Source of the DNA: Vitrella brassicaformis CCMP3155 | Taxonomy: Eukaryota; Protista; Chromerida | Direction of reading: 5' to 3' | NCBI GenBank assembly: GCA_001179505.1 | Contig: CDMY01000982.1 | Span: 1-64,000, forward strand | Length of the DNA: 64,000 nt | In this document: positions 22,661 to 34,900 of the stretch, in pieces | Layout: the number at the start of each line of letters is the position of its first letter | How positions within the stretch are numbered: position 1 is the stretch's first letter | Notes under the pieces: model-generated | What the model was told of the DNA's origin: nothing | Databases searched by the model: none | Seen by the model: only the letters and a program-made list of their open reading frames with translations | Made by a program: the position numbers and the translations under genes

Positions 22661-22800
22661 GACTGGCAATACCACTTGGAAGACTCCTCCCGTGAGAGCA
22701 ACACAACTCGAACACGGGCGATACCACTTGGAAGACTCCTCCCGTGAGAGCAACACAACTCGAAGACTGGGGATACCACTTGGAAGACTCCTCCGGTGAG
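22661..22800 (+). repeat. 52-bp minisatellite, about 2.6 copies
   Basis: Core ataccacttggaagactcctcccgtgagagcaacacaactcgaa starts at 22669, 22721 and 22773 (period 52); the third copy is truncated. Confidence 0.9.
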
Positions 22801-22860
22801 ACGCCCCCATGTGAAGTGTTTCACGCGGGTACTCCCCCAGGCCCCCAACAGGCCCCAGCT

Positions 22861-23562
22861 TCAGTGCGACGGGAGTCAGTGAGGCGTGTCTTCGATGTCT
22901 TGCACGTCAGAAAAAATACCGACAGACAACATTCGAAGAAGAGAAAAACTGTCATTAACCGTAACACTCGTCTGTGTGTCCGTGATACTCATACAAATAC
23001 AGTCCCATCAGCACGCAGACTCAAACAGGCTCAAGGGGAGGAGGGATCAATCCCCGCCCCATCAGCACACCCCAGTCCCGCAAACCCTCCCCTCCCTCCC
23101 CCACGCAGACAGAAACACAGTTAGTGCAGAGGCGCTTGTGATTCCGGCAGTCACATCGTCGGCTGCATGTGGACAGCGCAGACGTCCCTTTCTCGTTGCA
23201 TGCGCAACAGGGGGGCCCGCCGCCGTCTCGCGGGATGAGGGTAGGTGGAGGGGGTTGGGTGTAGTCCGATACACGCTCGCTCATCCGAAAAGGAGGAGAA
23301 ACAGCCGAGAAATCACCAACTCAATCATGGGGGTAAGTAACCTCTAGTGGATTACACACACATTCGAAGAAGTCACGCATCCCATCAATATTCCACACAG
23401 ACAGACAGACAGACAGACAGAAAGATGTGCGCACAGCCGGGCGAGGGAATGAGTGAGTGCCCGACAGGCAGGGAGGTAGAGAAAGTGATGCATCCCTACG
23501 GATACCAGAAGTGTCAGAACAAATTCAAGTTCACTTTAAACAACTTGATAAAACAGACTTTC
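22861..23562 (+). repeat. Second copy of the 270-bp dispersed repeat, split by a 418-bp insertion
   Basis: 22861-22941 matches the first part of 18974-19240 and 23360-23562 matches the remainder. Confidence 0.85.
22942..23359. mobile_element. 418-bp non-coding insertion flanked by a 13-bp direct repeat (putative target-site duplication)
   Basis: acattcgaagaag occurs at 22929-22941 and 23360-23372. The other repeat copy has a single site, acattcggagaag, at 19043-19055. The insert ends in a short (ac)n run. Confidence 0.5.
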
Positions 23563-24196
23563 TTCTCAGAAACGGACTTTTTTCTTCCAGGTACAATGCG
23601 ATCAGTAAGAATAGGGACAGCTTGCAGCAAGCGTAACCCTCGTGACGTGACACTCACATGAATACAGTTCCATGAGCACGCAGAGTCAAACAGGCTCAGT
23701 GAAAAAGAAGGTTTGTGAATTTCTGAAATTATGCTTGCGTTTCTCGTCGAGAGATCTCTGCCCCCCCTTGAAGGGGCTGCTTTCCATGCCGAAAACCGAC
23801 CCCCGCAGCACCAAGACACCCGGAAAGAGCCAATACAAGCACCGACCAATGGATGTGTTGATTGATGTATAGATCTACCTACCTACCTGCTCTGTGCCTC
23901 TGTCTCTCTGTCTGTCCCGTGTGTGTATGGAGTGTCTGAAGTAACGTCTGTGTCTGTGTGTGGATGTCTTCTTCCCTTTTTTTTACTTTCTTTCTTTTTT
24001 TTTGTCGCCTGAGCTGGGCCGGGATGGTTTTCCAGCCACGTTGTCGCGACCTGTTTGATTGCTGAACAGAAAAGACACATGTCTCTGCCTGCCGTATCAA
24101 CACGAATACACACAATTCACCTTCTTCCCATACACACACCATGCACACGTATGCCCATGCGTACAGACATGCGCGCATGGATGCAGAGACCATGAA

Positions 24197-26694
24197 TCAT
24201 GCAACGATTACTTGCGCCTCTGTCCCAGTCAGGCCCCTCCCGCCTTTTTGCCCCTTGCTCCATTGCTGTTGCTGCTGGGTGTAGTGTGTCCTTTGGCAAT
24301 AATGCTGACGCATCCACAACTCAAGCAGTGTCATGTCGAGCGCATCGCCGGCGACCGGACGGAAGTGGTATGCAAAGTGCCGCCGCACCTTGAAGAGGTG
24401 CCTCTGCTTGGCCACGATTTCCTCCCTGGTGGTGCGCTGCAAAATCGCCGCCGTCTCGTTGGCGCGCTCCTCAGGGATGAACACGGCCAGCATCGTCCAA
24501 TCCCACACACAACCTGTTTACATACATCACACATGCATACGGCTTGGTATTGACCTTGGTATTGACACGGCTGGCATTAACTAATGTATCAATGTGCTTT
24601 CATTCATCTAGAGCGACCTTGTGGGAGCCAGTAGTAGTCGGCAATGACAACGGGGATGCACGTGTACCAGATGGCCTCAATGATGCGTGGGCTGACCACA
24701 CGCGAGCCGCGCGGGCAGAGGCAGAAGGTTGAGGACGAGAGGTACCTCGTGTAGTCGGAGGGGTCCACATGAGACGTGTAGATGGCCGTCGGTGCCGATA
24801 CACCTGACAGACACAACCACACGCGAGCCCCGGTCAATCAATGGGTGGATGGGTGTTTTCCTTCCCTCCATCCGTCCTACATGCCTTTGAATGAGTCGAG
24901 GACTGCCGGTCTGACGATCTCGCCCCTCTTGCCCTTGCCAGCGTTGCCCGCGAAGAAGGCCAGATATTGCCGGGGGCCCAGAAGGCCGCGCGCAGACGAG
25001 TGACCCTCATCCACCTAATGACAGACAGATGCATTGCATCCAATCCATGGGTGTAGATATGCGAGGGACAGACACTGAGTGATCCAAACACCAACCCACG
25101 GCCGTGCGGACTGAGGGCTGCTCACGTCAGGATTGAGGTTTCTGCCGATCCTGAGTGCCTGCTCCGCCCTGGCAGCGTGACCACAGGGCACGATGGACAC
25201 GTCAACACGCGGATCGTAACTGCATGAACAGATGGATGGATGAGTGGTGATCCGTCTCCATTCGTTGCCCTTCCTCGAGCATTCACCTACCCGTAGGGCT
25301 TCCTTATCTTGACTTTTCTTGCTTTGAGAAAGGCCTGGCCCTCCCCGCCGCCCTCAGTGGGCTCAAACATCTACACATCACAGACAGACACGTCACACAA
25401 CACATGTCTGGCAATGAATTGCCAATGAATGAATGAGTCTCGTGCGTACGTACCTTGTACCATTCGTTAGGGTTGGGGTTGGTCGTCATGGTGGTGGCGT
25501 TGACCACGAGGCTCTCTCCGCCCCACGAGCTGTACTCGGCCTTGCCGCCGTCGTGGCTTATCACCCAAAAGTGACCTCGGCCATACTGCCTATAATGCAA
25601 ATCCAGCCATGTGTGAGGGACTGGCACAGCCCCTCTCTGATCTCTCGGGGCATTGATTCGTCAGTATTTGCCTTAGCTCAGTTACTTGTCGTAGTAGGGC
25701 CACTTGCGCCTGACGTATTCGACGGTCTCCTTGACCTGATGCGCAGCCAACTTGCCACCTGCAGACACCAGCGACATTCGGTGGGTGAGTGAGATAGGCT
25801 ATCTTTGTGTTTGCGATGCATTATGTATGTCGCCTACCGGCAGCCCTCTCGCCGCCTGCCAGTTCGGCCGCCAGGGTCTTGTTGACGTACTTGCGGCCGT
25901 AGAAGTTGGCCGTCGTGGGAAATACTGGAAGCTGATACGCATTCGCCAGATCGGAGTCCGTCACCCGCAGAGGCGACCCGCTGATCTGAGTCCAGAAGAC
26001 AGATTCTGCACGACAAGCAACACCACACAATTAACATGCGTAAAGCCACGGTATATATTCACATGACTGACCGACTAGATAAGCGGAGTTGCGTGCTTTG
26101 GCCACGGTGTCGCGCGAGAAGGTGGGCGGCACCTCGACAAATGGTGGTGGGGGGTACTGGAAGATCCGGAGGCCGCCCTGCTCGATGGGGCGGTGCATGG
26201 CGGCCAGCAGCCCGTCGATGGCCCTCTTGTACTTGTCGACCGTTCCCTTGTTGTCATTCGAACCGTACTTGGCCGTACTCGACACGAAGTCCGGCAGACC
26301 TGACACACATGACACATGACAGACCGATGCATGGACAGATCCCCAATCGTTCATTCATTCACTCACCGGCTTGGTCGATGACGGGATTGGCCATGCAGTG
26401 GCATATCTTGAGGTCAATCTCCAGCGGCACTCCGTCCACAAGAGCAGACGACGGAAACCATAACCGCCCATCCTCGCCTTTCGCCTCTCCGTTCGCATGA
26501 GTGGCGTGTACATCTCTGTCGGGCTTCCTGCGCGGTGCCGAGGGCGCCTCGCGTGCGAGGTTGTTTCTGAGTATGACGTAGATGTTGAATGCGAACCAGG
26601 AGATGAAGAGTGTGGCGAAGATGGCGGCGATGAAAAAGCGGTGGAGCGGCTTCGCTGTGCTCAAGCCGGGGCGCTGAGGATGAATGCGATGCAT
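24197..26694 (-). CDS. Exostosin-family glycosyltransferase (CAZy GT47), type II membrane protein, multi-exon
   Basis: N-terminal TM (FFIAAIFATLFISWFAFNIYVIL). GT47 motifs AYLVESVFWTQISGSPLRVTDSDLANAYQLPVFP, RGHFWVISHDGG, YDPRVDVSIVP, YLAFFAGN, YLSSSTFCLCPRGSRVVSPRIIEAIWYTCIPVVIADYYWLP and WDWTMLAVFIPE...QRHLFKVRRHFAY. Confidence 0.9.
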
Positions 26695-27222
26695 CCCGCG
26701 TGTTTGTGTTCGGCCCGTTGTTGTCTTCCTTTTTTTTCATCAAACAAAAGACTTGGTGAAATGAACTGCTCTTCCGTTCCATGTGGTTTCTCCGGCCCCC
26801 GCCTGTTTGCCCTGAGTGTAATATGCGACGTAACGTGAATGGCAGACGGCGCCCAATCAAGGCGCGCTCACGCGGTTGTCCTCAGTGGTAAGGGCCAATA
26901 GCCGCCCCCCCAACCGAGGACATACATGTCACCTTGGTTGACCGAGTTTCTTCGGGTACATGTGCTTTTATGTGGTGTCGTGGTCTCTTGTTTGCGAAGT
27001 GCATGAGGGCCTGGTCTGTGGACGTGTTCGAGTGTGCCGGTGAAGAACCAAACAAATTTATTGGTTCTCAACACACCCTAAGCTGGAGGAAGGAGGTGGT
27101 GGTGTTGTTGTCTGTTGATGGAAACGTTGTCCGGTGGAAAGACAGGGGAGTTAACCTTCCCTCTTTCGCTGACGAGAAAACGCGAGCTTGAGACGGAGGA
27201 GAGAGAAAAAGGAAAAAAGTTA

Positions 27223-28726
27223 ATGCAGATGGACGTTCGGACAACGGCGCTCCATGACATCCAACAACGCCCGGCTGTGTGAGACTGACGCACGTCACCA
27301 CGAGGGCCCGACCACTCTGGCCTCCGCAGAGGCGAAGCGGCTCAATCGGGGCGGAGAGGAGGACGACAGAACAAGGACAACGTGGAGTGCTACAAGAACA
27401 AAGTACGGGAGAGGAGCTGAAGGAGGGGGTGTATGACAACTTCGATTTTCACGTGTAGGATGGTTCCTGCAGGGCTGATGTGTCGGATGATGCCCTCGCT
27501 ACTGGTGTGATCTCCGGGGGCAAAATACACTACGAGCTACTGAGTGAGTGACCAAGCATGACATAGGATGGGTGATACGTGAGTATGCATGAATCCTTGT
27601 CTGGTTGTAGCTGATGCCGAGATCGAGGAGCAGGCCAAGAAGGGAGCAGGTGAATGTTTGTTCGCACGTGCCTGCACCCTGCGTTGGTTTGTTTGTTTGA
27701 TTGTTTGTTTGTTTGTTTGTTTGTGCGTGGCTCAGATGAAGTCACAGCCGACCCCTTTGTCGAACAAGGTGAGGGGGATACTTGAGGGGCATGCACACAA
27801 ATGACGGTCGGCTTTTTGTGTGCAGGGCAGCTAGACGCCGCCGAGAAGAACCTTCCGGGCCTCATGAACTGGATCTGAACCACCGGAGGGGTCGCCATCG
27901 AGTGCGCCAGGGCATGCAACCCGATCACCAGGGTATGCACCAAGATCAAGAACTCCACCAGGGAGACATTCGCCTGGGTTGCGGCCTGGTGGTCTGGAGT
28001 GTTCCCTCACAATACGTCTCTGACACGTACGAACAGGAGAGAAAGAGAGCTGCAGAGGGTTGCCCAATGATCGTTTTTTTTTATGTTGTGTGCATTTGCT
28101 ACCAGCTGGAGCGTCTCAGACGTTTGATGACGAGATCTACTGCCCGTTTCTGTGGCGCCATTGGTGTTTGAGGGACGTGAACATGACCCAGTGACGCCAT
28201 ACGCCGGCGGCTGGTACGGAAGGATGGACTCAATGATCCGTGTCTACAATGGTGAGAAAGGTCATGTTGATGCGGTCAATCAGTTGATAGGCCTTGGAGG
28301 CCCCGAGCAGCTTGAGAAAAGAGATGAGGTGCAACTCATCGGCCAGGAAGTTGTCTTACTTTGTCTGGTGTTTCCGGCTGTGTAGAACAACAACACGCCC
28401 TTTATTATCGCTGCGGTCTGTGGTCAAGTGGCTGTTGAGGGCGATCCCCGCTCCTGGACCAGCAGGGAGAGGTAGGCAAGGAATCCTGCTACAGACAGAT
28501 TTGGTTCTCGTACTTTTTCGCCTTCCTTTCCCTATTGGTCCATAGCAAAATAGGATGGAACACATATACTTTACGTCGTCTGTATATGTGTGTCCGCAGC
28601 ATGGCTACTATGCCATCCACGGCGCAGCTCAGGGGGGGTCATGTTGATGCGGTCAATTTGTTGGTTCAGTTGGGTGGCCGGGGAGAACTCGACAAACGAA
28701 ATGAAGTGGGGAGGCCAAATGCATGA
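27223..28726 (+). pseudogene. Decayed multi-exon gene with ankyrin repeats
   Basis: Spliceable exons with an in-frame TGA at 27876-27878 (MNWI*TTGGVAIECAR). Ankyrin remnants KGHVDAVNQLIGLGGPEQLEKRDE, NNTPFIIAAVCGQVAV and HGYYAIHGAAQGG/GHVDAVNLLVQLGG; the last is broken by a run of 7 G at 28632-28638 where 6 would keep the frame. Confidence 0.6.
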
Positions 28727-28995
28727 GCCAAATATGCTTCACAATGTGTCCTATGATGGTTGCAGCTCGGCGACACACCCTTCACGTGCCTTTCCCTATT
28801 GAGCTGTAGGCAGAGACCAACACGATCCGTGTGTTTGCATGCATATTTCTCGTTATACGGGGAGTGTTTGCAGGGGGGGGAATGGGACGGCAAAGGGGTA
28901 CCAAGCCATCGACGTAAGGGAGAGGGATCGTAAGAGGGCGCATGCATGCATTCATGGGAAAAATCGGGTGTCTGGTGTGATTGATGTGCGGCCAG

Positions 28996-29560
28996 ATGTA
29001 TCGGAGTTTCGCCCACTACCTGTCGGTGCAGGGCTACGAGTTCGTCGAACGGGCCGGCCAGGGCGGGTAAGTCAGTCAGCAAGCCGCCATGACGTGACGA
29101 ACAGACAGACCCCATAGGCAGGCACACTGCAGTGACTGACCATTGTGTGTGTGTGTTGGTCAGCAATGGGTACGTGTACAAGTCAAGGACCGGCTGTTCG
29201 GCACCATCTGGACTGTCAAGACCGTCCCACGCAGCGACTCCCGGTCACTGAGCCATCCATCCATCCATCCATCTCTGTGTGTCTGTGTCTGTGTGTATGT
29301 CAGTCAGGACACCTCGATGGTCACCGAGAGTGAATTCGTCGCCAAGTACGCCCGAGTGGTGCGGCTGCCCCCCTGTCGCCATCTCTGCACCACCATGGAA
29401 ATGGTCCAAAACCACGACTCGTTCTACTCTGCACCACCATGGAGTGGGCACGGGAGTTCTGTATGTCTCGTCGCCTGTTCTTCTATGCAGAGCTGTTGAC
29501 GCGGCCCCTTTCGATACCAACCTCCACGTGGACGAGGTAGAGGAGGATTTGCACAAAATG
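28996..29560 (+). pseudogene. Protein kinase N-lobe remnant
   Basis: Exons give YEFVERAGQGG|NGYVY(K)-VKDRLFGTIWTVKTV, i.e. a GxGxxG loop and the subdomain II Lys, with a 1-nt frameshift at TAC AA GTC. Next come TESEFVAKYARVVRLPPCRHLCTTMEMVQNHDSFY and ELLT with further frame breaks. No catalytic loop was found. Confidence 0.65.
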
Positions 29561-30099
29561 TGGGTGGGTGTGTCTCGTACCACGGTGGGCTGCGAGGTTG
29601 GGCAATGACAAGGAGCGGGCATCACGTGGATTGTGCCCTCACTGGATGAGCAAGAGGTGCTTTTCGGTACGTCACTGAAGTACACGTGCCCCTCCTACTT
29701 TCTGACGGGTGAGAGGGGAGGGAGGGCTGGGGCACAGTCATGCTTCTGATGCACAACCTAATGGATGTGTCTGTGTCTCCAGGCAGCGGGTCGCCGGATT
29801 GATTCCAATGCTTCCAGCGCGGGGGAGCTGTGTCGATCAGTTCTGAGAGAAGAGACGAGGTGCCAGAAGCTTCATATCGTTGCTTACATTTTATATTCGT
29901 CATGGCTGTTGAACCATATCCTGGTGACCCTGTGAGGTTGGCTGGGCACAGCTCGGTTGTGGGTGGTGGGCGTGTGTGAGTGACCTAAGTGCATTCATTC
30001 AGGCTGACCAGCGTCAAGAGAGGGTCCTGCATAGCTATGTATGCATACATGAGGCATGCACATCACATCCACCTCCCTACGAATCTACAGCAGACTTGC

Positions 30100-31700
30100 A
30101 TCACGTCACAGACAGGTAAGATACACACAGACAGACAGCAGCGCGGTGACTAATTGTCTCTCTCTCTCTCTCTCTCTCGCCCCTCTCTCACAGTAAAAAG
30201 GACTTATTTGCGATCGGTCGACGGATGAATGGGTGAGCAAAGGCAGGCAGACGACGGGTGTGGGTGGACGACTGCCTGTCATGAACAAAAACGCTACAGA
30301 AGGAGGAGAGGACATGTGAGTGTGCCATAAACAAAGAAAACGACACACACACACACACGTACACGTGGTGGGTTGATGCGGTCATGCGATGTGGTACGAC
30401 CGGCGATGGGTGGGACAAATGAGAAAACCCATCCCATGCCGTTTGCCGTTCCACAAGATCCTAGGAAGATCGATCACCCCCGCCACACACACATATGTAT
30501 ACCGGCACGTGTCACGCTGCATAGTACACACAGGTACGGAAGTACATACGAACCTTCTATGTCATATGAGCCGACTACACACACACAGACAGAGAGAGAG
30601 ACAAGTACCCATGGCCACAGCAGCCAGCCGGTCGTGTGAATGTGTCTGTCTCTGTACCAACCATACGTGTGCAACGGAGTGTGGTATGTACGATGGACCT
30701 TCCCCTCCCTCCCTCTCCCCCAGCAGTGTGTGCTAGCGAATTATGCCGGCTCCCAGACAGCCACAGAATGAGCACTACAGACAGACAGACAGAGATGGTT
30801 GGTACCCACACCCAACACAATGCACGCAGACAATGCAGGCAGGCAGGCAGGTAGCATCCATTCGTCGTACGGACATTGACTGAATTACACTTACAAAAGG
30901 ACCCACCCACCCACCCACCCACCCGTCCATCGCTCCCCCCGTTTGTCCGTGCACTCTCTATCTTCTAGCCTATCGACAGACACCAAACACCAGCCAGCCA
31001 CACGGCAAATGGCATCCATCCATCCATCCATCCATCTGTCTGTCTGTCTGTCTGTCTCATCAATTGGCTTGCTTACGAAACACCAACCAACCAGAGCCAG
31101 CCAGGTCCCTGTCTCCTCTGGGTATCCATTCCTGTATAGTACACAACAGGCAGGCAGGCAGGCAGTCAGGGAGGGAGGCAGGCAGAACACCGACAGACAG
31201 ACAACAGCTTCCTTTCAGCCATCCAGATGCACGGACACACAGCGCATTAGGACCAGAAAAACAGTCAAAAAAGCAAAACCAACAGATAGACAGGCCATCC
31301 ATCCCATGAAGGCACGCGTCAAAACCTGCCTGTTCACCTAGAGCTGTCTATTTACAGACCCACACACCCACACACGACCCGAGCCGCGGTCGGCTCCCCC
31401 TTTCACTCATTCTCTCCTATGCATCTTTCTGCATACCTATGTCTCTATCTCTTAGCTGTGTGTGCACACATCTGTCCATCCGTCCACGGCTATCTATCCC
31501 TCTGCTCTCCAGACAGCATCGCATCAAATGACTGGAAAAGACTTGCACCTCCCACAAGGAGGGAGGCAGGGAGACCGAAAAATGCTTCCATCGGTGTACG
31601 GAGGCGCATGCACCCCCACCCACACACACACAGATCGTCGCCACGGGAGTGCAAAAAGCAGTCCCTTGGTGGCTATTCCCTTGTTGATGCATCCATCTAT
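30100..31700. repeat. Microsatellite-dense non-coding tract ((AC)n, (CT)n, (ACAG)n, (CAGG)n, (CCAT)n, (CCCA)n)
   Basis: Many simple repeats are visible directly. ORFs here are repeat-derived translations. Confidence 0.7.
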
Positions 31701-31704
31701 CTGT

Positions 31705-31946
31705 CTAGCCGTGGTGTATGGGAGTGAGGTCGGCGAAGATGTCGTCGGGCGAGGACCTCGGCGGCACACCCGGTGGGCGCAGGGAGGCTGAAAACCCACC
31801 GCCCATGTCTGCACACAACACAACATAGCACACGTGTGTTCATGCATTTTGCATCCTTCGCCCCAACCCACCCTCACAGCCTCACTCACCGTTCATGCCA
31901 AATTCGCCGCCTGGATGGGTGTTGTGGTGCTGTCCATGGTTCATCT

Positions 31947-31977
<31 letters not shown>

Positions 31978-34900
31978 GCCCATGCCATAGGCGTTGTCGC
32001 CATATGCATCCATCCCCCCCTCCAGCCCACAGCCATAGAGGGGGTTGAGGTCGGGCAGCGGTGTGGGCGTGTTGATGTTCCAGTCGAGCTGTGGGTCGTC
32101 AGCCGGCTGGTGCAGGTCGTGTCGCATGCGCTTGTTGGTGGCTGCCTGGGAGGGGTCGAGGGAGAGAGAGCGGTAGGAGTGGCTGCTGCTGGGCTGGTGG
32201 GGGTGGGTGGCATGGTTGTCGGCGTCGCCTGAGTGACATACATGGGAGAGAGAGAGGGAAACATGAGTGTGGTGTCTGTCGACTGTGGGGTGGTCATGTG
32301 ATGGGGTCACGGGCAGTGCACTCCCTCACCATTGCCTTCTCCCGCGCCATCCATCTCCGACGACCGGGGACCTGTTGAAAAGAACACAACCACACACAGA
32401 CGAATTTACAGCCTCTCTCCCCGTCCCCATAATCATCCTCTCACCACCCACCTCGTATGAAGCTGTCGACCTCCATTCTAAACGACGTGTCGTTGCTCCC
32501 CATCCGCCCGTAGGATGGCATCCCACCGCCGCCATAGCCCTCATCCCCACCACCACCACCCTGTCCATCGGCCCATCCGTGCAGCATAGCGCTGGGGTCG
32601 CCATCGCCATTGCTCTCATGTGCCAGTGGGGATGGCGTGGGCGGCGGCAGCTGCCCTGAAGTCATGTCATCCGAAGTCTGGAGGGGCTGCTGCTGCTGCT
32701 GCTGCTGTTGATACGGGTCGAGCATATTCGGCTGCTGGGGGCCGTCTGGTGTGTCGTCGTCTGCAGGTGTGGGTGGCGGCGCTGCCGACTTCTTCTTTCT
32801 CCCCCGCCCGGGCCCGCCAGCCCGCCCTTTGGCCCTTCCGCGACCACCGCCGCCACGTTTGCGGCCTGTGGTAGGGGCCGCAGACGCAGACGCAGCGTTG
32901 GTAGCCTCCTCAGCGCTGCTCGCCTCACCCCCTGCTGTGTGGCCATCACCTGAACGCACACAACAACAATGCAGCCATGCGTGTGGTCTGCTAACGTGCA
33001 CACATACCGCCAGCAGAGCTGAGATTGAGTTGTGCCATGGGCGGTGTGGGTGTCTGTATCTCGCTGTTGTTGGTGTTGTCTCTGCTGCACCCGCCCCCTC
33101 CGCCCCGGCCGTTGATGCCCTGCACCAACGCCAGAAAACCGTTGGGCGGACCGGCGGGACCACCAGCCATGAGATTGGGGTCGGGGTGGTGCGGACGAGT
33201 GAGCTGATGCTGACCTGCACACAGGTAGGAAGATGGGTGGGTGAGAGAAATCACAGGAGACGAGATGACACAGATCCACCGTGTGTGTTATGTCGTGTAC
33301 ACTCACCAGGTGGCATGGTGACGCTGAGTGCCCTGCTGTTGATGCGAGACCGTGCCATGCCCACCTTGAGCTCCTCGGGAAATATGCCACATCGAATCGG
33401 CGACAGCCCCCCGCCGCCCCCATCACTCTCGCCGTCCCCCTCGCCACATGTGGTGCTGCCCGCAAAGAAATCGGGGCACTGTGGCTTCTGGAAGAGCCAC
33501 TCGTCCGTGTGCATCCGCAGGTGACCGTAGTAGCGGTCTTTGAGGGACTGCGGTGTGCGGGCGGGGAAAGAGTGGGCGATGAGCGGCCAGCTGATGGGGG
33601 TGGGACACGACCGGATGATCGACACCAGCTGCTGATCCTCCTCCGCTGTCCACGTGTCCTGAAATGCCACACAACAGCGTGTGATGTGATGTGTTCGTTC
33701 GGGGCGGCCTGCCCATGGAGAAGTACGTTTCTCATCCTTGGCCCGACGACGGTTTCCCATCTCTCTCGGCACTGCCGCGCAGTGAACCCCTCGATGTGCT
33801 TGCTGAGGCTCTCCCACACCACATTCCGCACACCGCCATTCGACGCCACCAGCGACCGCAGCTGCGCGTCGTGCTCTGGCGTCCACCCCAGCCTCCCGAT
33901 GGTGCGTGCGGGGCGGATGACCTTCCACCGCCTTTGGCATGAGAGGGCTGTGCGGGAGGGGAGCCGCTTGGTGACTTCCATCCAGCTGAAAGGGACCGTG
34001 GTCCTCAGAGCATCCTCCAAGATACGATCCTGCACACAGACACACATACACACGCACACGCAGAGTGTGATGACATGCACAGACGAGTGTGCGTGTGCGT
34101 AGGGGTGTGACCTCTTCAGGTGTCCATGGTCGTGTGTCCGTGTCGGGCTCTTGTTTGTGCGCAGCAGTCGTCGTCATGTCGTCGCGGGGCCGCTTGCGCG
34201 TTGACAGTATGCCGGGGGTGTTCTCGTCACCACCGCTGGGACTGAGAGACGGATGGTAGAAATCCTGAACGGAACGGAACAGAACACACCACACGTCAGA
34301 TCACACATGCGGCATTTGTTTACACACACATACAAGTGCTGCCCGGTGTGAGCGAGTGTGAGGACTGACCATATGCGGCCGTGGCGTCGGCGTGGGCAGT
34401 CCCATTGGATCAGTCTTCGGTGTGTCGATACCGCTGCCGCTGCCCACACCACCAAACCCCCCAATCCCACCCACACTGACCTCAGCACCCATCCCCCCGG
34501 TCCCGTGGTGGTGATGACCAAATGCACCACCGTCGTGGTCGTGTTCGTCATCGAATGGCGATGCCATGAGCGGAGGGGCCGTGTTGGGCACGTGGGGTGG
34601 GTCATGATGACTGGCACCAAACATCCCACCCATCTGCTGCAGCTCGTCACGGCCAGTGACCACAGAGAGCTGGGGACGCTGCTGCTGCTGGTGCGACACA
34701 CGGCGGTTTTTGCGGTTGGGAGGGGGCGGGGGAGGGGAAGGGCGCGTCTTGCGTGTTTGTGCGGCGTGGGTCATGTTCTCGTCGGCACACATCGACTGGA
34801 ACCACACAGCTGCGCCTGCACCACACAGAAAGACAGAGTGTGTGTGTGGGTGTGTGGTAGGGGGTATGAGGTCCGTTGAGGCTTACCGCGGTTGACCGAC

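Noticed and set aside
22661-22800. CRISPR-like repeat/spacer appearance of the 52-bp array
   Set aside because: Spacers are only 8 nt and related to each other, there are fewer than 3 full units, no cas genes, and the context is eukaryotic. It is a minisatellite.
27876-27878. In-frame TGA as a possible selenocysteine or readthrough codon
   Set aside because: Neighbouring exons carry additional stops and frameshifts, the context is not a redox motif, and TGG to TGA decay is simpler. No SECIS was recognised.
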